IMG/VR virus record: IMGVR_UViG_3300006149_000009
Reading direction: 5' to 3' (one strand)
Length of the DNA: 64,000 bases
Source of the DNA: an uncultured virus (IMG/VR IMGVR_UViG_3300006149_000009)
Lineage: Duplodnaviria; Heunggongvirae; Uroviricota; Caudoviricetes
Shown here: piece by piece, positions 41,173 through 51,141 of the stretch
Layout: each line of letters begins with the position of its first letter
Position numbering within the stretch: position 1 is the stretch's first letter
Program-made: the position numbers and the translations under genes
The notes under the pieces: model-generated
The model's input: the letters and a program-made list of their open reading frames with translations, nothing else
Told to the model about the DNA's origin: nothing
Database searches by the model: none

Positions 41173-42198
41173 GTGAACGTATTTATGACAGAGAAAAACC
41201 AAAGAAAAATGCTTTTTCTATACCCCAATGAACTAAAAACTGATGATTTAAAAAATATACGCTCTATAATGAGGTTATCCCCAGATTTGAAGGAAATAGT
41301 AAATAGTGTTAACCATTTTATCAAGCAGATAAGCGAAAAAATAGGCGAAACTCAATGTCCTTCTAAGATTCAATGTACTTCTGTTTCTAATTATGAAAAA
41401 GTAGTTACTGAATATCATAATATCCGATTATGTTTGGTGCAACATAACGATATAAAATACAATAATATTTACAACAAAATAATTGACGCATACAAACACA
41501 ACAGCAGTGATATAAGTCATTTAATTTCATTATCAATTACATCTCATAAATATAAACTCGGAGAAAAAACCAAATGGAAATATGACCCACAGAAGGATTT
41601 TGATATCAACATTGAAACGCATTTAAATTACTTAGAGTACATTCTATCATCTATTATGTTAGATATCATCTTTTATAGATACTTTAAGTTAAGCAATAAT
41701 TTATCCGAAAGGAAGAAGTTTTCTAAAGAAAAAAAAGATTATATTTTAAACCTCAAGTATAATGATAATAAAATTATCCAAAAATATTATGGAAGTAATA
41801 TTACAGAATTGAATAAAACAAGCTATCTATCATTATCCTATCCTCTAGTTTTAGAACACTGTTGCAATAACAGCATAAGCTTGGATGATTTAATTCATTT
41901 TCTACTAGAGGATTACTGGAATTTAATTATTAAAACACTCTTCGTTGAAATAGAATTACTAGAAAATTATACAATGTTTGACCCAAACAATCAATATAGC
42001 AAATTTGATAAAACTGTACGGATGCAAATCAGTGATGTAATTCCAGCTTTCTGTAAGCAAAACAATGTCGACTTCCCCTCATTGGTAGCTATAAAGAAGG
42101 GCTCCGTTGAACTCTCTGATTGCTATTTCGTAGAAGACAGCAGTGTGTTTTTAGCATTAAACGGCTCATTTAACTATTTTAAATTAATTTCTAAGTAA
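41173..42198 (+). CDS. Hypothetical protein, AT-rich
   Basis: 341-aa ORF preceded by TTGACT...TATAAT promoter-like elements. Confidence 0.75.
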   Translation: MNVFMTEKNQRKMLFLYPNELKTDDLKNIRSIMRLSPDLKEIVNSVNHFIKQISEKIGETQCPSKIQCTSVSNYEKVVTEYHNIRLCLVQHNDIKYNNIYNKIIDAYKHNSSDISHLISLSITSHKYKLGEKTKWKYDPQKDFDINIETHLNYLEYILSSIMLDIIFYRYFKLSNNLSERKKFSKEKKDYILNLKYNDNKIIQKYYGSNITELNKTSYLSLSYPLVLEHCCNNSISLDDLIHFLLEDYWNLIIKTLFVEIELLENYTMFDPNNQYSKFDKTVRMQISDVIPAFCKQNNVDFPSLVAIKKGSVELSDCYFVEDSSVFLALNGSFNYFKLISK

Positions 42199-42212
42199 AC
42201 AGAGGTGTTGAT

Positions 42213-43232
42213 ATGGGATATATTTCATATTTTGATTTATTAGGAACAAAAAATTTTAAAGACGATGCTTGTGAATATGAAGAAAATATTAACATCTTTT
42301 ATTCAGAAGTCGAAAAAGGAACTATTTTTTTAAGCGGGCTTGGCGAAGTAGGCTTGTTTAGTGACTCCGTTTACGCTTTTTCCAGGGACTTAGAGCGGCT
42401 TCTGGATTATTTAATTTATTTGAGGGAGTCCTTATGCGCACATGGCTTATTTTTTAATGCTGTAGTTTCAAGAGGCGATTTGGGTTCATTTAATCTCCAA
42501 TCATCGGGACAAGAACTTCCTGTTTTTGGAGTAGGATTTACGGACAAATCAATAATAGACCTATATTTAGAGCAGACCTTGTTTAAAGGAATTGGCATAA
42601 AAATTAATAACCAACTTATTAATGAGGTAAATGAAATCTCGAGCTTAAAAATAGCCAACAGCTTCTACTACACATCTTATCCATATAATCTAAAGCCATA
42701 TTACGATATTGCATATGACGTAACGAATATGTCATATGACAAAAAAATGAAAAATATCCTCTCATTAATAATCAAAAGTGCACTTAAAGCGTATTCTGTA
42801 AATATTAATCACGGAAGATACTATACTTCTTTGTTTTTTACTATCATGGATAGTTATGATTCAAAACAAATCAATTGGGATTGGGAACAAGATGATAAAA
42901 CATTTAAAGGTCTGCCCGAAATATTTAATATTATAATAAATATTTCTACAGGAAGATACGATGAATGCAAGGACTGGATTGGAATAGACGCCCTCTGTCT
43001 TAGAATCATAGATATGATACTTTGTAGTGAAAAAGTTGACAACCGAATATTAAGAGATATTATTAGTGTTTTTATTAATTTCCCTTGCCTAAAAAAATAT
43101 ATAAATTCATTAGACAGTATTCCTGATGTCTTTTCGACTCCAGTTAACAAAAAGAAATTTATTAATTGCGTTCAAGATTATTTTGCACACGATTTAGTTC
43201 AAAAATTAATAGGTGATACGTCCTACAATTAG
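42213..43232 (+). CDS. Protein with N-terminal nucleotidyl-cyclase-like domain
   Basis: YFDLLGTK and LFSDSVY carry the two metal-binding Asp positions; AVVSRGD follows. Confidence 0.6.
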   Translation: MGYISYFDLLGTKNFKDDACEYEENINIFYSEVEKGTIFLSGLGEVGLFSDSVYAFSRDLERLLDYLIYLRESLCAHGLFFNAVVSRGDLGSFNLQSSGQELPVFGVGFTDKSIIDLYLEQTLFKGIGIKINNQLINEVNEISSLKIANSFYYTSYPYNLKPYYDIAYDVTNMSYDKKMKNILSLIIKSALKAYSVNINHGRYYTSLFFTIMDSYDSKQINWDWEQDDKTFKGLPEIFNIIINISTGRYDECKDWIGIDALCLRIIDMILCSEKVDNRILRDIISVFINFPCLKKYINSLDSIPDVFSTPVNKKKFINCVQDYFAHDLVQKLIGDTSYN

Positions 43233-43259
43233 CTTTAATTAGGAGCCGATAAAATACTT

Positions 43260-43460
43260 GTGTCAGTAATAATTGCCATACCTATCTCAATTACCAAATA
43301 TCTCTTCAGTGCAAAAGAAGATAAAAATACTACTGACATTATCTTACATACGCAGGAACATGACACAACAGGAAGACAATGGACTCTGGATTTCAAAAAG
43401 ACAGAGCACGAATCTGCAAATGAACCTGAAGACACATCAAATAATAATGAAAGTGCATAG
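43260..43460 (+). pseudogene. Orphan 3' fragment paralogous to 39990..40574
   Basis: IPISITKYLFSAKEDK...QEHDT vs IPKIIAKYLFNIKEEK...QRYDT. Confidence 0.7.
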
Positions 43461-43818
43461 ACAGAATCTAAAGAGCAGGGCTTACTCTCCTGCTCTTTCT
43501 CAATTATATAATACTATGATTGGCTTCAATGAATGCACATCTATCCCCTGCTAAGCAAACTCGACAACAAATTGTCGTTAAGTTTAGTAATCCTAAAGCG
43601 AATTAGGCATGTTGCCCGCACATTACAGGGGCTAATTCTTCATGTCTGACCAGTCGCTCCTCCCGCAAGGATTTCAAGTCAATATCCGGAAGGATGTCTT
43701 TTAGTATCTCTCGTATGGAATCTACAGCAGAAACTCAGGGACTTGCACCCTTTGCAATCGCTTCCCACCACTGGCAATAAAGATATCTTCTTTAGCAGTC
43801 AAGTAGTCAAGTCAAAAA

Positions 43819-44162
43819 TTGGCTAAAGATAAAATTGCTCAGACGGGTGATGTCACAGGAACTACCACTGCTGTAATTTCTTCATTTGTTACTATATTGG
43901 CGTCTCTTTTTAACCTCCCCAAAATAATCGCGGAATATTTGTTTAACCCGAAAGAGGATAAGAATATATCTACAATTGTTGGCAGATACAACAGTATGAC
44001 ATTGGTATGTATTCTGTGGAAAGAGGTTTAGAACTGGAAATGATGAGACAGAGGGGTAGCGTATCAGGAAGCGATTCTGCTCCTGTATCTGACGAATATC
44101 CTGGGAACCCTGATGATATGGTCATAAACGCAAATGCTGTATCTGTATCAGCATCAGAATGA
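43819..44162 (+). pseudogene. Second orphan 3' fragment paralogous to 39990..40574, frameshifted near 43982
   Basis: LPKIIAEYLFNPKEDK, then QIQQYDIGMY in a shifted frame. Confidence 0.72.
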
Positions 44163-44443
44163 TAAACTAAACACGTTCTTCGGATACAAAGAACTCCTTT
44201 CTTTTTGAAGTGTATAGAAGCGGCAGGTATGTCATAACAATTCCCGCCGCCATTTTAATTATGTTTCATTTCCTGCTATTATTAAATAGATGCATTAAAT
44301 ATTGTATCTTTAAACATTATATCTAGTCAAAATATATCCTCTGCATATTGTAATTTATAAACTTATGTTCTATCTACTCAATTGTCGAATATTGTTATAT
44401 AATGTAGATAATATAGATTAAAATAAAATTGGAGGGGGTAAAA

Positions 44444-45361
44444 ATGAAACAACCAACTTGTGAAATGTGTGGCGGAACTGACCTCATGAAGCAGGATGGC
44501 GTCTTTGTATGCCAAAACTGTGGTATGAAATATTCCGTTGAAGAAGCAAAGAAAATGATGATTGAGGGTAATGTTGATATCCAAGGTACCGTTCAAATTG
44601 ATAATTCATCTTTTGTACAAAAATATCTTTTAAATGCACGTCGTGCATTTGATAAAGAAGATTGGGAAGAAGTAGAAAAATATTATAATATGGTCGAGCA
44701 AAATTCTCCCGATAATATAGAAGCCGTATTCTTTAGCGCATATGGCAAAGCTATGTTAGCTCTTACTGATTCTGATTACTATAAAAGGCAGCAGAAGTTT
44801 ACAGTACTCAATAATTCAATTTCTGTTATCAATGATTACTATGAAGTAACGGACGAGGATAAAGAGGCCGTCCTTACTAAAATCAGTGATGCAATACTTA
44901 AAATGTCCTCAATAAATTATGTTTATGATACAAAAGCTGGTTATTCAGTCGGTGGAAACAATTGGCAGATAAATTTGTTCACCGCCACAAAAAACGCCTT
45001 TGTGACACAACTCAGACAACTCGGCGCAAAGCATAATGACATTTACATTCAAGAACTTATAAAGAAAATGTCAACAGCTCAAACAACCAATAATGGATGT
45101 TACGTAGCTACTGCTGTCTATGGTTCTTATGATTGTCCTCAGGTTTGGACGCTTCGTCGTTATCGTGACTACACCCTTGCTGAAACATGGCATGGAAGAG
45201 CATTTATTAAAACTTATTACGCAATTAGCCCTACTCTTGTAAAATGGTTTGGACACACGGAATGGTTCAAGAAAATGTGGAGAGGGAAACTTGACCGTAT
45301 GGTTGAAAATTTACAATCTAATGGTATTGAGTCTACACCTTATGAAGATAGAAGATGGTAA
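44444..45361 (+). CDS. Zinc-ribbon/TPR-like protein with CFI-box-CTERM-like C-terminus
   Basis: CEMCGG...CQNCG; GCYVATAVYGSYDCPQVWTLRRYRD. Confidence 0.82.
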   Translation: MKQPTCEMCGGTDLMKQDGVFVCQNCGMKYSVEEAKKMMIEGNVDIQGTVQIDNSSFVQKYLLNARRAFDKEDWEEVEKYYNMVEQNSPDNIEAVFFSAYGKAMLALTDSDYYKRQQKFTVLNNSISVINDYYEVTDEDKEAVLTKISDAILKMSSINYVYDTKAGYSVGGNNWQINLFTATKNAFVTQLRQLGAKHNDIYIQELIKKMSTAQTTNNGCYVATAVYGSYDCPQVWTLRRYRDYTLAETWHGRAFIKTYYAISPTLVKWFGHTEWFKKMWRGKLDRMVENLQSNGIESTPYEDRRW

Positions 45362-45692
45362 AAAATCACGCTGAAGCACTCTGCTTTGGCGTGATTTTTA
45401 TAAAGGAAGATAGCACAATTCCACTGGCTTTAAACAACCGATAGTTCACAGGTATTAGAACAATGATTATACAAGTCTATGTATTTTAGAACCAAATTAT
45501 TACTATTTTATTGTTTGTAATTATTTTTATAGTATGCGTTACACTTATTTCACAATACTTAAAATTTTCTTCCTACTTAATAGCTTTTTATTAACTCAAA
45601 CGGAATCCCTTTTTAACAAATACATGATAATATCATTTTTGAATAAAATATTAAATGAGTTATGAAAATTAGAACTAAAGGAAAGTGCTAAA

Positions 45693-46013
45693 ATGACACA
45701 GGAAGAACTGCAAGATATGCTTCAGACATCGCTCGCAGAAAGAGCCGGTCTTGAAGAACTGTTGGCAAAGCAAGATAAAAAAGATAAAAAAGTAATTAGC
45801 GTTTATTGCGCAAACAACAATCCAGCAGATATTTATCGAACTTTAAAATTGTTAAATCAACATAAAGGAATGCCTATTCACGATAAAGAAATAGTTACCA
45901 AATTTAAAAACAACTATCCCAATAGCCTAACGATTAAATCCATTTGTGAGTTTGAGGATTTAAGAGACATATATAGTACTTATTTAGAATCTGGAGGAAA
46001 CGATAATGAGTAA
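45693..46013 (+). CDS. Hypothetical protein
   Basis: RBS; first of four tightly linked genes. Confidence 0.7.
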   Translation: MTQEELQDMLQTSLAERAGLEELLAKQDKKDKKVISVYCANNNPADIYRTLKLLNQHKGMPIHDKEIVTKFKNNYPNSLTIKSICEFEDLRDIYSTYLESGGNDNE

Positions 46014-46221
46014 TTCTTATGTTTTTCGTATTCTCACAGAAGCCAAAAAATCGCAACTAATACATACGTTTAATTTGAGCAATATACTGATTAACGAAAG
46101 AACCGCTATTTATGAAAATACTAATATGCGATTAAGCATAGATAAAAAAGTTATACGTGTTTTGCTATTCCGTGAGGATAAAATACTTTTAGAAGAATTG
46201 AGGAATTTTTTTTATGACTAA
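46006..46221 (+). CDS. Hypothetical protein
   Basis: GGAGG RBS, overlap coupling. Confidence 0.65.
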   Translation: MSNSYVFRILTEAKKSQLIHTFNLSNILINERTAIYENTNMRLSIDKKVIRVLLFREDKILLEELRNFFYD

Positions 46222-46681
46222 CCATATTGACGACTTTGATAAGACAGTGACTATTTTTGAAGATATCTTGCGCTCTTTAAACTATTCTTATAAATCTATT
46301 AATTTAAATGATGACGATATTAACTACATTGTTTGTATCCCTGCAACGGGTAATCTGAAAAAATTAGATATAATTCCTGTGCTAATGTATCTCAACATTA
46401 AAGATTATTCTCTTACTATTTTGGCTGGAAATATATATCGTTTTAAAAAAGGAGAAGACGTAAATCCTTTTTACAAACTTGTTAATTCAGTTAATGAACT
46501 AATCAAAAGCGGAACCTTTACTGTAAACGAAAAATCAAATCAAATTTTATACTTGGATTCTATGTATTGCGGAAGCGACTTCAAAGAATTATCAAGAAAC
46601 AAAATAAGATTGTTAATCGATTCATTTATTGACGGATTGTCTGTTTTATTAACATCAATAGCCAGAATGGAAAATAAATAG
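46214..46681 (+). CDS. Hypothetical protein, possibly YbjN-like fold
   Basis: Acidic 155 aa with LVNSVNE..KSGTFTV pattern; fold call is weak. Confidence 0.5.
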   Translation: MTNHIDDFDKTVTIFEDILRSLNYSYKSINLNDDDINYIVCIPATGNLKKLDIIPVLMYLNIKDYSLTILAGNIYRFKKGEDVNPFYKLVNSVNELIKSGTFTVNEKSNQILYLDSMYCGSDFKELSRNKIRLLIDSFIDGLSVLLTSIARMENK

Positions 46682-46682
46682 T

Positions 46683-47156
46683 ATGAGCCAACTCCCAAAA
46701 AATCAACAGCACAACTCTCTATTAACACTTACAATTGGTATTATGGTAGCTGTCGGACGGGCATACTTATCTGATAACAACCCCGACGATTTAACTACCA
46801 TAATGTCTATTGTCAATATAGTCGCATTTGGATTCGTAATCACATTAATGCTTAACGATATCTATAATGCCGTAAACATACGGATTTCTGATTCTGGAAA
46901 GTCAACAAAAAGCAAACAAAAATTAAAATTTCTACTGGAAGTCTTTTTCTTATGCACTTTCACTCTTTTCTCTATTATAGGCATCAATTACATAATAAAT
47001 CACCGAAACACTACATCTAACGATATAATCTCAATCATTGCTTTATCATTTTCCATAGCAAATGATGGCTTTGTACAATTGGTCGAAAATCCATTATATA
47101 AACTCATATGTGCTTCTGAGAGATGTGGCAAAAATAATGGCCGGCATAATAAATAA
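46683..47156 (+). CDS. Membrane protein, about 4 TM segments
   Basis: Hydrophobic segments. Confidence 0.7.
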   Translation: MSQLPKNQQHNSLLTLTIGIMVAVGRAYLSDNNPDDLTTIMSIVNIVAFGFVITLMLNDIYNAVNIRISDSGKSTKSKQKLKFLLEVFFLCTFTLFSIIGINYIINHRNTTSNDIISIIALSFSIANDGFVQLVENPLYKLICASERCGKNNGRHNK

Positions 47157-47370
47157 GAAACATACAGGGCTGATTCAAAAAAGTCTGGCATAGCTTGGGC
47201 AGTTGAAAGATATAACAGTGAAATAGCTTAAGATAAAAGAGCGCATTATTAATAAACACCTGTCCGCTATTTAACCATATATCATTCCAAAACGATATAT
47301 GGTGTATTTATTGATATTATTTATTTTTCTATGCTATACTGTTTATACCAAAAAATAGGAGGTATTTACA

Positions 47371-47532
47371 ATGAGAAAAACTAATATTATCAACACTGCA
47401 CGAGACATGACTGCCAAAGAAAAACACAATCAACCGAAAACAAATCATATATTCTCCAGAAGGCCTGCGCATCCTGCACCTAAATCCGGAGAAAATACTA
47501 ATGAAGGAGGAACTGCTCAATCGAATCACTAA
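47371..47532 (+). CDS. Small hydrophilic peptide, 53 aa (not in track)
   Basis: AGGAGG RBS; MRKTNIINTARD... Confidence 0.6.
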   Translation: MRKTNIINTARDMTAKEKHNQPKTNHIFSRRPAHPAPKSGENTNEGGTAQSNH

Positions 47533-47540
47533 TTAAATAT

Positions 47541-48155
47541 TTGCCTGAGATAATCACCTATATTGTTATTGGGTATCTATTTTGCAAAACCTTTCACTCT
47601 GTCGCGTTAAAGCAAAATTCATCCGATGTTGAACATATACTAGTGGAATCTCTAGTCGTTGGATACATCATATTGCATATTGCACGTATGATACCTTTTA
47701 GCATTTCCTATGAGGTTGATATGGTCGGGATTGCTCTATGTTCAGTCGTCATGGCTTACCTTTTAGGGCTTTTGGCTACAGGTAACCGCAGAATCCCTCT
47801 ATTAGATAAGCTTCATATAATGGAAACTGGTAACCTATACCTTTGGGACGACTTGATGGATAACACTGGGAAACCAATGCGTATTAAAGTAGAATACGAC
47901 AGTATCACATATGATGGGATGTTACATCTTTTCGAGAGTTATTCAAATACACCTCTCATTGCATTAGTGGCATATCATATCATCAAATATGATAATAATC
48001 GCAATCGCATAGATGAGATAAATTATCAGCATGATGCAACAAAAGTTATTGTGTTAGATACATCAAAAGCTAATTCTGTAGAAATTACATATGAAACAGG
48101 AAGCAGCATGTGCAAAGATATACAAGGACTTTGTGACTATATCACTACCCCATAA
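47541..48155 (+). CDS. Membrane protein with N-terminal TM helices and soluble C-terminal domain
   Basis: About 3 TM segments; start may be the in-frame ATC near 47520 behind AAGGAGG. Confidence 0.72.
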   Translation: MPEIITYIVIGYLFCKTFHSVALKQNSSDVEHILVESLVVGYIILHIARMIPFSISYEVDMVGIALCSVVMAYLLGLLATGNRRIPLLDKLHIMETGNLYLWDDLMDNTGKPMRIKVEYDSITYDGMLHLFESYSNTPLIALVAYHIIKYDNNRNRIDEINYQHDATKVIVLDTSKANSVEITYETGSSMCKDIQGLCDYITTP

Positions 48156-48350
48156 GTGCTAACACTACCCCCCTCACCACAAAACTCTATATTAAATCAT
48201 ACGTAAGATGAAAGCCCCAAAGTAACCAACCAAAGGTGGCTTTCATTTTACAATTGCATCCATAGAACTATAATGGTATAATTATATAAACCAACAAGAT
48301 ACTATCTCTTCTACCCTCAGTATTGGGATGAAAAAATCAGGAGCAATAAG

Positions 48351-49223
48351 ATGCCTAAAACAAATTACAACAGCAAATCAGACTTAGAACATGAAAAAGA
48401 CTTACAGAGAATCCAGAAGCTCCGCCTCATGGATGACGATTTCATGAGCGTAGTCTTCGAAGACAAGGCTTGCTCACAGTTTTTACTACAGACTATTTTA
48501 AACAGAAATGATTTAATTATAAAAGATGTGAAAACACAGCATAATTTTAAAAATCTTCATGGGCATTCCATTTGCCTGGATATATACGCCCGAAGCATAT
48601 CAGGCGAAGAATATGATATCGAAATTCAAAGAGCCGACAAAGGAGCTTGCCCCAGAAGAGCCAGATACAACAGCAGCATCTTAGATGCGAATATATTAAG
48701 CCCTGGAGATGATTATCAGAACCTGCGTGAGACTTATGTGATTTTTATTACAGAAAAAGATATTTTAGGATATAATAAACCTATCTATCATATTGATAGA
48801 ATGGTCAGAGAAATTGATATGCCTTTCAACGACGATTCACATATTATCTATGTGAATGGCGAACTAAAAAATGAAGATACCGATTTGAGCAGATTAATGC
48901 ATGACTTTTCTTGTAGCAATATCGCGAACATTAACAGCCCTATCCTGAAGGATAGAATAAAATATTTCAAAGAAGAAGAGAAAGGAGTGGCTTCTATGTG
49001 TAGAATATTAGAGGAAATGAGAGAAGAAACAGCTAAAGAAGTTGCCAAGGAAGTTGCCAAGGAAGTTGCCAAGGAAGTTGCCAAGGAAACAACTATCAAT
49101 AATGCTGTAGTTTTTATAGGTAACCTTTTATCCGAAGGATTCTCATTGGAAAAAGCATTAATTCTGGCAAATGTACCAAATGATTATAAAGGAGCCGTAA
49201 TTCAGCAGGTCATGAACCGATAA
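48351..49223 (+). CDS. Rpn-family PD-(D/E)XK nuclease
   Basis: LMDDDFM, LDIYA, YDIEIQ, RARY motifs; internal AAGGAG and in-frame ATG at 48996. Confidence 0.85.
   Translation: MPKTNYNSKSDLEHEKDLQRIQKLRLMDDDFMSVVFEDKACSQFLLQTILNRNDLIIKDVKTQHNFKNLHGHSICLDIYARSISGEEYDIEIQRADKGACPRRARYNSSILDANILSPGDDYQNLRETYVIFITEKDILGYNKPIYHIDRMVREIDMPFNDDSHIIYVNGELKNEDTDLSRLMHDFSCSNIANINSPILKDRIKYFKEEEKGVASMCRILEEMREETAKEVAKEVAKEVAKEVAKETTINNAVVFIGNLLSEGFSLEKALILANVPNDYKGAVIQQVMNR
49041..49088 (+). repeat. 12-bp tandem repeat x4 encoding VAKE
   Basis: (GTTGCCAAGGAA)4. Confidence 0.95.
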
Positions 49224-49384
49224 ATCGAACGAGTTATTTCCATCGGAACAATAATTCCTTTTCTACCTATACTACTACAGATAGACACAGTATACCATAA
49301 ATCTCACTATTTTGAAGCCCTAAAACCATAAGAGCTGGCATATCCGCCAGCTCCTTTTTAATGCCAAAGAAAGGATAATAATAA

Positions 49385-50797
49385 ATGCAAGAAATAACCG
49401 TATATGATACTGAGAACAGCCCGCTGTCCGATTTAGTCCAATGGGATAGCGACGTACACATACGCCTAATCGAAGATATCATCGACAAAGCTTATCCCGT
49501 ACATTTCTTCAACCAGACATTGAATGAAGCCCTTGTCGTCAAAGACTCTTCTTATGAAAATGGCCGTCTCAAGGTAAAAATCCCCAATTTCTTATTAACG
49601 CAGCCTTATCCCATCATTGGATATGTAAACGTTGAAAAAGACGGCGAAAGCCGATGCCTGTGCCGCTTCCGAATAAATGTGCGTAGAAAACCAAAACCTT
49701 CTAACTTCGTCTATACAGAATCATATGATTACATATCTATTACCAAAGTCCTCGAAGAATGCCGCGACTTCTCCTCTGCTGCTTCCGAGTCCGCTAACGC
49801 TGCCTCTGATTCCGCCATAAAAGCCCAAAGCTACACGGAAGGCGGCACCGGGACAAGAGATGGAGAGGATGCTGACAACGCAAAGTATTACTATCAGCAG
49901 GCATCAATTAAGGCGAATGCCGCCAATACGTCCGCCCTCAATGCAAAAGCTTCTGAAGTCTTGTCATCCACGAAAGCAAACGAAGCTTCTGAGAGTGTTG
50001 AAGAGGCTGAACGCTATATGACGCTATCAGAAAGTTTTGCCCGCGGAGGGACTGAGGCACGGCCAAATGAAAATGTCGATAACTCGAAATATTACTACGA
50101 ACAGGCGAAGAGGATATCCCAAGGGCTTCAAGGTGCGTTAATCCCAATGGGTACAATTGCATTCTATCAGTTATCTACTGTGGCGAAGCAAGCTGGATAT
50201 ATGTACAACATTACGGATTGGTTTGTTACCGACAATACATTCAAAGAGGGGGCTGGGCACAAATGCCCCGCCGGTACAAACGTATACTACACCGCTGACG
50301 GCTACTGGGATTGTCTAGCGGGAACACAAGTAACCGGTGTTAAAGGCGAAGCGGAAGAAGATTATAGAAATGGTGATGTCAATATTACAAAAGAAAATAT
50401 TGGGCTGGGGGATGTACCTGACCGGATAGAAAGTTTGGAAGCAATGGTAAAGCAGTTAGCAAAAGAGGTGCTTTATGCGAAGCCCGTGGAGTTCAAGCTG
50501 CTGTCCAAGCCACCAATTACTGGCCTAGTAGGGCAGACAATAACATTTATAGCCAGACTGACGCTGGACTCCTCAAAAATGACATCTAAAGAAATCTTGG
50601 AAGAAAATGTAAACGATATCACCTGGGTAAGTAGTAACACCACAATAGCTAGCGTAACAGGCTGCTCCGTTCGGACAAGAGACAACATAACAGGTAGCGT
50701 ATACGTAAACGTCTTAGGGCATAAAAGCGGTAATGTGACAGTTACAGGAACCACTTCGAACGGCATGAGTACAAGCTGTTCGGCAGTAATTACTTAA
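49385..50797 (+). CDS. Tail fibre/upper-baseplate-like protein with C-terminal Ig-like domain
   Basis: Duplicated GGT..R..E..DNxKYYY motif, VTGVKG, WVSSNTTIASV. Confidence 0.7.
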   Translation: MQEITVYDTENSPLSDLVQWDSDVHIRLIEDIIDKAYPVHFFNQTLNEALVVKDSSYENGRLKVKIPNFLLTQPYPIIGYVNVEKDGESRCLCRFRINVRRKPKPSNFVYTESYDYISITKVLEECRDFSSAASESANAASDSAIKAQSYTEGGTGTRDGEDADNAKYYYQQASIKANAANTSALNAKASEVLSSTKANEASESVEEAERYMTLSESFARGGTEARPNENVDNSKYYYEQAKRISQGLQGALIPMGTIAFYQLSTVAKQAGYMYNITDWFVTDNTFKEGAGHKCPAGTNVYYTADGYWDCLAGTQVTGVKGEAEEDYRNGDVNITKENIGLGDVPDRIESLEAMVKQLAKEVLYAKPVEFKLLSKPPITGLVGQTITFIARLTLDSSKMTSKEILEENVNDITWVSSNTTIASVTGCSVRTRDNITGSVYVNVLGHKSGNVTVTGTTSNGMSTSCSAVIT

Positions 50798-50823
50798 TCA
50801 ACAAATATCAGGGAGGAAGAAAA

Positions 50824-51141
50824 ATGGAAACCGTTTTATTACAGACATACACCATTACTCTGCCCATCATATTGGGTTATATCGTATGGATTCTGAAAAG
50901 GCAGAAACGGGACAGAGACGCAAATAGTATGGGCACTATGCTCCTGCTGCGTGTGCAGCTCATTGAATACCACGATAAATATATGGCGAAAGGTGATATT
51001 CCATCTTATGCCTACCAAAATTTCGTGGAGATGTACGAGGCGTACCATGAGTTGGGCGGCAACGGGATGATAACAAAAATGTACAAAGAAATCCAGGATT
51101 TACACCTGGCAAACAAGAAAGGAGACTATTATGAAGAATAG
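50824..51141 (+). CDS. Holin-associated single-TM protein
   Basis: N-terminal TM; YHELGGNG motif; lysis module position. Confidence 0.7.
   Translation: METVLLQTYTITLPIILGYIVWILKRQKRDRDANSMGTMLLLRVQLIEYHDKYMAKGDIPSYAYQNFVEMYEAYHELGGNGMITKMYKEIQDLHLANKKGDYYEE

Noticed and set aside
378..43755. tRNA genes suggested by T-loop-like motifs (about 378-394, 43737-43753) and GACTTGAAATC words
   Set aside because: No complete cloverleaf could be built by eye
49041..49088. CRISPR array
   Set aside because: Spacer-less 12-bp coding tandem repeat; no repeat-spacer array or cas genes seen in the window
32189..50797. Diversity-generating retroelement or invertase shufflon acting on tail genes
   Set aside because: No reverse transcriptase, template/variable repeat pair or invertase seen
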